From Patescibacteria group bacterium (lineage in GTDB: Bacteria; Patescibacteriota; Patescibacteriia; UBA10025; JAHIVO01): DNA of 64,000 nt. Numbering within the stretch: the first letter of the stretch is position 1; every line of letters begins with the position of its first letter. The notes beneath the pieces were generated by a model. That model saw nothing but the letters and a program-made list of their open reading frames with translations. It ran no database searches and had not been told where the DNA came from. Shown here piece by piece: positions 57,649 through 64,000 of the stretch. The position numbers and the translations under genes are program-made. Location of the stretch: assembly GCA_041650915.1 (NCBI GenBank), contig JBAZKE010000003.1, positions 85,226-149,225 of the forward strand. Reading direction: 5' to 3'.

Positions 57649-58753
57649 CTACAGCCAGTATATCGTACCATTCGTGCTTGCAGTTGCGTTGAGCGCGTTT
57701 TTAACATACCTGGTACGGAAGCTCGCGATTCGCAGAGGTATTGTCGACAACCCGGCTCAATCGCCCGAAAGGAAAATACACGCCCAGTCCGTACCGCTAC
57801 TCGGAGGGATCGCGATTTTTTTAACGCTCGTTCTTATAACAGCCGGGTATGCGTTTTTTTCAGACAGGATCATCGGCGGGTACCTCCTGCCAAAGCACCT
57901 CATCGGGATTGCGCTCGGGGGGCTGCTCATCATGGTCGGCGGATACTTGGATGACCGGCACAACCTTTCTCCGGCGCGGCAGATCGCCTGGCCGATCCTC
58001 GCGTGCCTCGTGGTGATCGGCTCGGGTATCGGCATTGAATATATTTCGAATCCCTTCGGCGGTACCATTGCGCTCGATTCCGTCGAGCTCAAGCTCTTTA
58101 CCATGGGCGGCATACCGTACTATTTTACGCTCTTTGCTGACCTATTCGCGTTCTGCTGGCTTATGGGCATGATGTACACCACGAAGTTTCTTGACGGGCT
58201 TGACGGGCTCGTATCGGGCGTCACGACGATCGGCGCCAGCGTACTCTTTTTTCTCAGCCTCAATAAAGACGTCGCGCAGCCTGAGACCGCCCTCCTCGCC
58301 GCGATTCTCGTCGGAGCATCGCTCGGATTCCTCGTGTTCAATTTTCATCCCGCAAAAATTTTCCTGGGAGAGGGCGGAAGCCTCTTCACCGGGTTCATGC
58401 TCGGCGTCCTCTCTATCATATCGGGTGCAAAGATCGCGACCGCGCTGCTTATTATGAGCATACCGATTCTGGATGTGCTGTGGGTCATCTTACGGCGGTG
58501 GTTCCTCGAGCGGAAGTCACCGTTTAAAACTGCCGATAAAAAACATATCCATTTCCGGCTCCTCGAGAGCGGACTCTCGCACCGGCAGGCCGTGCTGCTC
58601 CTATACGGCGTGAGTGCGCTCTTTGGCGCACTTGGCCTGTTCTTGCATGGGGTACAGAAGATTTTTGCGCTCAGCGCTGCCTTCGTGGTGATGATCATGC
58701 TGAGCGTTGTACTTGTCAGGCGGCAGCGGCGCCGCACCGGCAGCGCTCATTGA
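57632..58753 (+). CDS. Glycosyltransferase family 4, MraY/WecA-like polyprenyl-phosphate sugar-1-phosphate transferase
   Basis: DDxxN motif YLDDRHNLS, KFLDGLDGL, and about 10 transmembrane segments. 373 aa. Confidence 0.8.
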   Translation: MEKYLNYSQYIVPFVLAVALSAFLTYLVRKLAIRRGIVDNPAQSPERKIHAQSVPLLGGIAIFLTLVLITAGYAFFSDRIIGGYLLPKHLIGIALGGLLIMVGGYLDDRHNLSPARQIAWPILACLVVIGSGIGIEYISNPFGGTIALDSVELKLFTMGGIPYYFTLFADLFAFCWLMGMMYTTKFLDGLDGLVSGVTTIGASVLFFLSLNKDVAQPETALLAAILVGASLGFLVFNFHPAKIFLGEGGSLFTGFMLGVLSIISGAKIATALLIMSIPILDVLWVILRRWFLERKSPFKTADKKHIHFRLLESGLSHRQAVLLLYGVSALFGALGLFLHGVQKIFALSAAFVVMIMLSVVLVRRQRRRTGSAH

Positions 58754-58803
58754 TCGTATGCAGGCATGCGCTATACTGGATAGGTACGCGATAACAGCAG
58801 AGT

Positions 58804-59286
58804 ATGCACAGTAAGGCAATATGGGTACTGGTATTTGTCGCAGCTGTCAGCGCGATAATGTTTTGGTCGGCTGCCGGCCAGTCGATACAGGAAGAGATGC
58901 CGTACTACCTCAAAAAGGCAATCAACGAAACGGGTTCGGTTACAATTCGCCAGGAGACGCTTGAGGTAGAGGTTGCCCGGACTGCGGGCGCACGCGCAAA
59001 GGGGCTGTCTGGCCGGGACTCTATGCCGTACGGGCGCGGCATGCTGTTTGTTTTTGATGCGCAGGGAGTGTACGGCTTTACAATGCGCGATACCCGCATG
59101 CCGCTCGATATCATTTGGATTGCCGACGGCAGCATCGTCCATATCGCCCACGAAGCACAGCCTGAGGAAGAGCATATCAATCCGGGCGTCGCTGCGGAAT
59201 ACGTCCTTGAGGTCAATGGAGGCTTCGCCAGGAGGGCAGGCTGGGATGACGGGGACAGCGTCTTGATTACGTTTGACAAGAAGTAG
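58804..59286 (+). CDS. DUF192 domain protein with an N-terminal membrane anchor
   Basis: GMLFVFDAQG...MPLDIIWI, a DUF192-like motif. Confidence 0.65.
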   Translation: MHSKAIWVLVFVAAVSAIMFWSAAGQSIQEEMPYYLKKAINETGSVTIRQETLEVEVARTAGARAKGLSGRDSMPYGRGMLFVFDAQGVYGFTMRDTRMPLDIIWIADGSIVHIAHEAQPEEEHINPGVAAEYVLEVNGGFARRAGWDDGDSVLITFDKK

Positions 59287-59350
59287 CGAATTTGGTATGC
59301 TCTATGTGCCCCACGTACGGGGTTTTTCTAACCATTAGAGTTTTTTATCT

Positions 59351-59674
59351 ATGAAATTCGCAATCATCGCCGATGGAGGCAAGCAGTACCGGGTAAAAGA
59401 AGGCGGCTCGCTTGCTCTTGAGAAAATAGACAAGAAGGAAGGCTCAAAGGTCGCCTTCAAGGACGTATTGCTGTACAGTGACGGCAAGCAGACGGTAATT
59501 GGAACGCCGCGCTGTGCGGGAGCTGCGGTGACTGGCAGTATTGTAGGCCAGGGCAGGGACAAGAAGGTTACCGTAATCAAGTATAAGCGGAAAACGCGGT
59601 ACAAGCGTACGATCGGGCACCGTCAGATGCGCACGCGGGTGAAGATTGATACCATCTCAGTCCCGGTACAGTAA
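59351..59674 (+). CDS. rplU: 50S ribosomal protein L21 (no rpmA follows)
   Basis: bL21 translation MKFAIIADGGKQYRVKEG. Confidence 0.9.
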   Translation: MKFAIIADGGKQYRVKEGGSLALEKIDKKEGSKVAFKDVLLYSDGKQTVIGTPRCAGAAVTGSIVGQGRDKKVTVIKYKRKTRYKRTIGHRQMRTRVKIDTISVPVQ

Positions 59675-59684
59675 ATAAAAAAGT

Positions 59685-59717
59685 ACAGCTTACAGTAAAT
59701 GAGGAGCTGTGTTTTTG
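59685..59717 (+). terminator. Terminator after rplU
   Basis: ACAGCT..AGCTGT stem followed by GTTTTT. Confidence 0.5.
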
Positions 59718-59720
59718 GTC

Positions 59721-60326
59721 CTACATCACCTGCCTGCCCTTGAGTGCGCTCGATACCGTTACCTCATCGGCATACTCAATTGCGGAGCCCATCGGCAGCC
59801 CGCGCGCCAGCCGCGTGGTTTTTACCCCGAGCTCCTTGAGCTTGCGGGCAAGGTACATCGCGGTCGATTCGCCTTCGAGGTCCGGATTGGTTGCGATGAT
59901 CACTTCGCTGGCTTTCGGCCGTGCACTGCGTACTCGCTCCAAGAGCGCGCCGATCGTAAGCTTGTCCGGTGATATGTCTCTGACGGGATTCAGTACGCCG
60001 CCGAGCACGTGGTACAAACCCGAGTACTCACCGGTTTTTTCGATGACGAGAAGGTCTTGTGGCTCGGCGACGACGCAGATCATTCCCCGGTTGCGCTTCC
60101 GGTCACGGCAGATGTCACACGGGTTGCCAGTTGATACATTGAAACAGGTACTGCAAATTTTAATTTGGTCTTTGAGCGCCTGGATCGTCCCCGACAAATT
60201 TCGGATATACTCCCTATCTTGCTTGAGCAGGTGGAATACAATCCGTTCAGCGCTCTTTGGCCCGAGGTTAGGGAGATTGCTGAGCGTATCGATGAGCCGC
60301 TGTATGGATTCCGGGTACTTTGCCAT
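59721..60326 (-). CDS. recR: Recombination protein RecR
   Basis: HhH, a C4 Zn finger CSTCFNVSTGNPCDIC and a Toprim domain. Confidence 0.9.
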   Translation of the reverse strand: MAKYPESIQRLIDTLSNLPNLGPKSAERIVFHLLKQDREYIRNLSGTIQALKDQIKICSTCFNVSTGNPCDICRDRKRNRGMICVVAEPQDLLVIEKTGEYSGLYHVLGGVLNPVRDISPDKLTIGALLERVRSARPKASEVIIATNPDLEGESTAMYLARKLKELGVKTTRLARGLPMGSAIEYADEVTVSSALKGRQVM

Positions 60327-60329
60327 AGA

Positions 60330-60626
60330 TTATGTGCCTGGGATTCCGAGTCCGCTCATGCCCTGCATTTTTTGGGCCATGACCCGCTGTGCTTTTTTAA
60401 TCGCATCGTTCGCCGCTTCGGCTATGTGTTTTTGGAGGTCTTCTTTCGACCCTTCATTCAGGAGCGTTGGCTCAACTTCGACGGCGAGCACTTCCTGGTT
60501 GCCATTCATGACGATCGTGACCTTGCCGTGCCCTCCTTCGCCCGATACCGACTCTTGTGCGAGCACCGCCCTGATCTGCTGCGCTTGGTCCCGCAGCTCT
60601 TTGAGCTGCTTTATTTTATCGAACAT
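60330..60626 (-). CDS. ybaB: Nucleoid-associated protein YbaB/EbfC
   Basis: 98-aa YbaB-like translation, immediately upstream of recR. Confidence 0.85.
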   Translation of the reverse strand: MFDKIKQLKELRDQAQQIRAVLAQESVSGEGGHGKVTIVMNGNQEVLAVEVEPTLLNEGSKEDLQKHIAEAANDAIKKAQRVMAQKMQGMSGLGIPGT

Positions 60627-60638
60627 ACATTGAATGCA

Positions 60639-62012
60639 TTATGCCGTATTAAACTCAGTCGAATGTTCCTGTATGCGGCGTTCGAGGTTGCGGAAGCTTA
60701 CCTTGTTTTCGTCGAAGTAGAGCTGAATGACGCCGGTAGGGCCGTTCCTGTGCTTGGCGACATGTATTTCAGTGACGTTTTTCTGTTCCGGATCGAGGTC
60801 TTTTTTATAAATCGATTCACGGTAAATGAACATGACAACGTCGGCGTCCTGTTCGATCGAACCGGATTCGCGCAGGTCTGCGAGCTTCGGGATCGGCGGG
60901 GTCCGCGATTCGACGGCGCGTGAGAGCTGCGACAGTGCGAGAACGGGTATGTTGAGTTCACGCGCTATGCCCTTGAGGGAGCGGGTGATCTGGCTGATTT
61001 CCTGCACGCGGTTTTCGGTCCGCATGTCGCCCTGCATGAGCTGAAGGTAGTCGAGGACGATGAGCCCGAGGTTGTGCTCGGACTGGAGGCGCCGAGCCTT
61101 GGTGCGTATCTGCATGATGTTGACGAGGGGGGAATCGTCGATGTAGATCGGGGCTTCCGAGAGGATTCCCATCGCGTGGCCGATATTCGTAAAGTCGGTA
61201 TCTTCCGAAAGCTTGCCCGTCTTCATTTTCCAGAGGTCAACGTTCGCCTGGCCGCAGAGGAGCCGGTCGACGAGCTGTTCTTTGGACATTTCGAGGCTGA
61301 AGAGGCCGACGGGAATTTTATTTTCGACCGCCACCTGGCGGACGATGTCGAGTGCGAGCGACGTCTTGCCGACGGACGGGCGCGCAGCAAGGATAATGAG
61401 GTCTGATTTTTGGAGTCCCGCAAGCAAGTGGTCGATTTCGGTAAATCCGGTCGGTATGCCGCGGAGCTTGCCTGAATCGCGGTGCAGCTCATCGATACGG
61501 TCGAACGCTTCCGTGAGGATTGACCGTATCGGGATGAAGTTCTGCTTGAGGTATTTCTGCGATACGCCGAAGAGGCTCTGTTCGGCCTGGTCGAGGAGCT
61601 CTTCCACGTTGTCCGTTTCCTGGTAGCCGAGGCTCGTGATTTCAGAAGCTACTTCGAGCATTCTGCGGAGAGTCGCTTTTTTCTGTACGATTTCTGCGTA
61701 GCTTACCACGTGTGAGGATGTGGGGACCGCATTGGCGAGGTTTGCGAGTTGGCTCCTCCCGCCAATTGTTTCGAGCTGGCCCTTTTCGGCGAGGCGGTTT
61801 GACAGCGAGACGACGTCGATCGGTTCGCGGTGCTCATACAGCTCGACCATCGCCTCAAAGATCATGCCGTTCGTATCCTTGTAGAAATCGTCCGGCTGTA
61901 TGATATCCGCGATTTTCGTAATCGCATCTTTGTCAATGAGAAGAGAGCCGAGTACGGACTGCTCAGCCTCGAGGTTCTGTGGCGGTAATTTCGTTACGTC
62001 GTCTGCTACCAC
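60639..62012 (-). CDS. dnaB: Replicative DNA helicase DnaB
   Basis: The N-terminal domain (PPQNLEAEQSVLGSLL), Walker A GARPSVGKTS and RecA-like fold motifs. Confidence 0.9.
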   Translation of the reverse strand: MVADDVTKLPPQNLEAEQSVLGSLLIDKDAITKIADIIQPDDFYKDTNGMIFEAMVELYEHREPIDVVSLSNRLAEKGQLETIGGRSQLANLANAVPTSSHVVSYAEIVQKKATLRRMLEVASEITSLGYQETDNVEELLDQAEQSLFGVSQKYLKQNFIPIRSILTEAFDRIDELHRDSGKLRGIPTGFTEIDHLLAGLQKSDLIILAARPSVGKTSLALDIVRQVAVENKIPVGLFSLEMSKEQLVDRLLCGQANVDLWKMKTGKLSEDTDFTNIGHAMGILSEAPIYIDDSPLVNIMQIRTKARRLQSEHNLGLIVLDYLQLMQGDMRTENRVQEISQITRSLKGIARELNIPVLALSQLSRAVESRTPPIPKLADLRESGSIEQDADVVMFIYRESIYKKDLDPEQKNVTEIHVAKHRNGPTGVIQLYFDENKVSFRNLERRIQEHSTEFNTA

Positions 62013-62230
62013 GGGTGTTGCCGTTCGAATAAAGTGTATACATCTTAACGCTCACATAGGATAAAAGCAAGCCTCCGGCTGTGCAGGTTCTATGCACATA
62101 TTTTCCACGTTTTTTTACTCATCACCCGCGCTTCCGCGCCTTGACAAATGCCCCCAATCGTACTACGATGACCTGCCAAACGTGCAAGTATGCAGATTAA
62201 AATAAACACTGAAACTGGAGGTAAAGCAGA

Positions 62231-62497
62231 ATGGCAATGAATCGTACGGGTATCGCTGTGACAGGCGAAGTGCTGAAGATTACGGACGAGAATCCATACT
62301 ACTATGTTATTAAAGGAGGGTGGAGCGTCTGGACAGCTCTTCACAAACGCGATACCGCTGGTTTGTGCGCTATGGGCACAGCGGCTCAAAAAGGCAGGTA
62401 CTATTTGTACTTCACTCTCGGAAAGCCTAGTATAGAGGCTTTCGAAGAGTTGCTGCGCGACCTCATGGCAAAGGTTGAAGAGGTCAGCGCGAGATAG
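62231..62497 (+). CDS. Hypothetical small protein (88 aa)
   Basis: An RBS GGAGG, an upstream promoter TTGACA-17-TACGAT, and a terminator hairpin after the stop. Confidence 0.45.
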   Translation: MAMNRTGIAVTGEVLKITDENPYYYVIKGGWSVWTALHKRDTAGLCAMGTAAQKGRYYLYFTLGKPSIEAFEELLRDLMAKVEEVSAR

Positions 62498-62590
62498 TAC
62501 GCACTGCGTACCTGTTTCCAGGCCTGCTCGTTATTCAGACACTATGCTGAATTTTGAGCAGGCTTTTCTTTTTTATGAGAGGCACATAGC

Positions 62591-62618
62591 TTGACAACAG
62601 ACTGATATTTGGTAGTAT
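62591..62618 (+). promoter_or_regulatory. Sigma70-like promoter (TTGACA, 16 nt, TAGTAT) driving the tRNA-like/GIY-YIG/tRNA-Lys array
   Basis: Read directly. Confidence 0.45.
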
Positions 62619-62648
62619 GCAATGTAGTTTCGTTATATGTTTGTGCGC

Positions 62649-62708
62649 GGGTCGTTAGCTCAGTTGGTAGAGCACTCCGCTCTCAGAAGAGCGGAGGTGT
62701 CACAGGTT
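62649..62708 (+). pseudogene. tRNA-like element, copy 1: acceptor and D arm identical to the downstream tRNA-Lys, anticodon arm replaced by a 9-bp stem with a 4-nt loop, no T arm or 3' acceptor strand
   Basis: GGGTCGTTAGCTCAGTTGGTAGAGCAC then TCCGCTCT-CAGA-AGAGCGGA then GGTGTCACAGGTT; after that it diverges into the GIY-YIG ORF. Confidence 0.5.
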
Positions 62709-62717
62709 TCAGAGTAT

Positions 62718-62972
62718 ATGTACTGGGTATACATACTAGAGAGTTTGAAAGATTACGGTTATTATACGGGTAGTACGAGCAACCTTGATGACCGCTTAGA
62801 GCGCCATTACAGTGGCAGGTCAAAAGCCACGAAAGCTAGATTACCTCTCGAACTCGTCTATAAGAAAGGTTTTCAGAAGAAGAGTGAAGCCTTAAGATTC
62901 GAGCGTTACATTAAGAGGCGTAAGAGTAAGCAGTATATTGCACATTTGATAAGAGACCACGCGGGTCGTTAG
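62718..62972 (+). CDS. GIY-YIG nuclease domain protein (small free-standing homing-endonuclease-like ORF)
   Basis: MYWVYILESLKDYGYYTGSTSNLDDRLERHYSG matches the GIY...YIG motif pattern. The ORF starts inside tRNA-like copy 1, and its stop codon lies within copy 2. Confidence 0.7.
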   Translation: MYWVYILESLKDYGYYTGSTSNLDDRLERHYSGRSKATKARLPLELVYKKGFQKKSEALRFERYIKRRKSKQYIAHLIRDHAGR

Positions 62973-63022
62973 CTCAGTTGGTAGAGCACTCCGCTCTCAG
63001 AAGAGCGGAGGTGTCACAGGTT
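62963..63022 (+). pseudogene. tRNA-like element, copy 2 (identical to copy 1), followed by a 9-codon remnant of the GIY-YIG ORF (MYWVYILNV*)
   Basis: Direct repeat of 62649-62740. The flanking ATAAGAGACCACGC is also repeated ahead of the intact tRNA. Confidence 0.5.
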
Positions 63023-63074
63023 TCAGAGTATATGTACTGGGTATATATATTGAACGTTTAATAAGAGACCACGC

Positions 63075-63147
63075 GGGTCGTTAGCTCAGTTGGTAGAGCA
63101 CCTGCCTTTTAAGCAGGGTGTCACAGGTTCGAGACCTGTACGACCCA
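63075..63147 (+). tRNA. tRNA-Lys (anticodon TTT)
   Basis: Full cloverleaf: acceptor GGGTCGT/ACGACCC, anticodon stem CCTGC/GCAGG, loop CTTTTAA, T-loop TTCGAGA. Confidence 0.85.
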
Positions 63148-63155
63148 ATGCAAAG

Positions 63156-63186
63156 ACGCTTTATTATCCAATAAGGCGTTTTTGTT
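63156..63186 (+). terminator. Terminator after tRNA-Lys
   Basis: ACGCTTTA..TAAGGCGT stem (one G-U pair) followed by TTTTTG. Confidence 0.5.
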
Positions 63187-63280
63187 GTTATATGTTTTTT
63201 TGAGCAGTCTCGAAGGGCAGGAGCGACCCTGAGCGAAGCCGAAGGAGAGCGCCGACGGATGCGACCGAGGCAATCGTATG

Positions 63281-63309
63281 AAAAAAAAGGGACTGCCTCA
63301 GGGCAGTCC
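63281..63309 (-). terminator. Terminator downstream of the minus-strand small gene
   Basis: GGACTGCC-TCAG-GGCAGTCC with an A8 run on the + strand, i.e. a T8 run on the - strand. Confidence 0.65.
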
Positions 63310-63334
63310 ATTGTCGGGTGGAGCGCAGTGCGGA

Positions 63335-63538
63335 TTAGCATTGCACTCCGAATCCGTCGACTCTCGGCGGAATATGATTGCCGTTACCAATATTCCTGGC
63401 AATACTGCTAACCCCTTTGCCGCGACGGGTCGGCCAGCCACCGTTCGGATCTTTGTCCGGGTTGACATCAGGTTCCGGGTACTGACCTGCCCTGAAGCGG
63501 TTGAGCGCTTCCTGGTGAGCCTTGGTTTTAGGATCCAT
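63335..63538 (-). CDS. Hypothetical small protein (67 aa)
   Basis: An RBS GAGGT lies 7 nt before the ATG, and a terminator follows. Confidence 0.45.
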   Translation of the reverse strand: MDPKTKAHQEALNRFRAGQYPEPDVNPDKDPNGGWPTRRGKGVSSIARNIGNGNHIPPRVDGFGVQC

Positions 63539-63630
63539 TTTGTATACCTCTTCGTAAAAAAGGGTTTATTGTCTGTTTTTCATACCATATCATACGGAAA
63601 AAACACGGTCAAGCGCATTTTTTAATGTTG

Positions 63631-63659
63631 TTTGGCAACAATGCTTTTTTTTGGTATAC
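63631..63659 (+). promoter_or_regulatory. Sigma70-like promoter (TTGGCA, 17 nt, TATACT)
   Basis: Read directly. Confidence 0.4.
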
Positions 63660-63691
63660 TGCAGGAGAATTATTCATTACCTAATTAAACG

Positions 63692-63781
63692 TATGGACAT
63701 GAACGGCGGCCAATTTCTCGTGCTCCTTCTCTTGCTGATTTTTGGTGCGTTTTTTTACTTCTATACTAAAAAACAGTTTTG
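63692..63781 (+). CDS. Candidate 29-aa membrane peptide (MDMNGGQFLVLLLLLIFGAFFYFYTKKQF)
   Basis: Hand-translated. A promoter lies ~30 nt upstream. The coordinates may be off by 1. Confidence 0.25.
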
Positions 63782-63885
63782 AGATGCTGTTAAGCCTCCA
63801 CCGTTGACACATGGCGGCAGGGGTGCTACGATTGGGTAATTCATCAATAATTTAAAATAATTAAAAAAGCATTTTATCTCCGCGT

Positions 63886-64000
63886 ATGAACAAAAAATTT
63901 TTCGTTGCGGTTTTAGTAATCGGCATGATCGCCCTGCCGCTCTCTGCCGCTGCGCAGGTAGAGGTAGGCGAGTACGGGACATCATTTGGGCTCGGTACTG
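63886..64000 (+). CDS. Secreted protein, N-terminal fragment (signal peptide MNKKFFVAVLVIGMIALPLSAAAQ), truncated by the window end
   Basis: A signal-peptide-like N-terminus. It continues beyond the window. Confidence 0.4.
   Translation, partial: MNKKFFVAVLVIGMIALPLSAAAQVEVGEYGTSFGLGT

Noticed and set aside
62649-63147. Possible CRISPR array (repeated ~60-nt units)
   Set aside because: There are only three copies. The units are tRNA-like and ~70 nt long, the intervening sequences are an ORF rather than spacers, and no cas genes are present.

Overview
This 64 kb window looks like a small, gene-dense bacterial genome of about 58 % GC. It resembles a Candidate Phyla Radiation / Patescibacteria organism, based on the ribosomal-protein operon running rpsE to rplO with no rpmD, several ribosomal proteins with terminal extensions, and sparse metabolism; this placement is an inference. 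Order along + strand (unless noted): (1) 1-11695, a complete type IV pilus locus: pilB 3' end, a CheY-like receiver, pilC, major pilin, GT2 glycosyltransferase, Wzy_C/O-antigen-ligase-like TPR membrane protein, a second major pilin, a non-canonical pilin-like gene, pilD, three minor pilins and a large PilX-like pilin. (2) ligA, gatC, gatA, a second paralogous CheY-like receiver, and ndk. (3) 16.9-18.7 kb, a cluster of small ORFs that each have their own promoter and terminator, a tRNA-Pro embedded in a 14-bp inverted repeat, and a GC-rich untranslated stretch. (4) AttH-like lipocalin, a P-loop protein, ArsR regulator, rpiB-rpe-tkt, an AT-rich Fic island, pfk, class I aldolase, GNAT (- strand), an OMP-like beta-rich secreted protein (- strand), a Zn-ribbon protein, a kinase, an HhH-GPD glycosylase, trmH and a hydrolase. 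(5) ~35.6-36.9 kb, a second AT-rich islet with a hypothetical protein and a 42-aa Lys/Arg-rich peptide, then a presenilin-like membrane protein, rpmB (- strand) and an M50 site-2 protease. (6) the str-S10-spc-type ribosomal block rpsL-rpsG-fusA-[inserted membrane protein]-tuf-rpsJ ... rplO-secY, then a kinase-adenylate kinase fusion, map, ruvX, a WecA/MraY-like transferase, a DUF192 protein and rplU. (7) recR, ybaB, dnaB (- strand). (8) a tRNA-Lys locus preceded by two degenerate tRNA-like repeats flanking a free-standing GIY-YIG nuclease ORF. The most interesting items: the apparent pilin O-glycosylation cassette between two pilA paralogs, the tRNA-Lys / GIY-YIG / pseudo-tRNA array, the small-ORF cluster with a repeated leader, the two low-GC islets (Fic; basic peptide), and the dNMP-kinase-like::Adk fusion. 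All calls rest on reading the sequence and translation motifs by eye; no searches were run.
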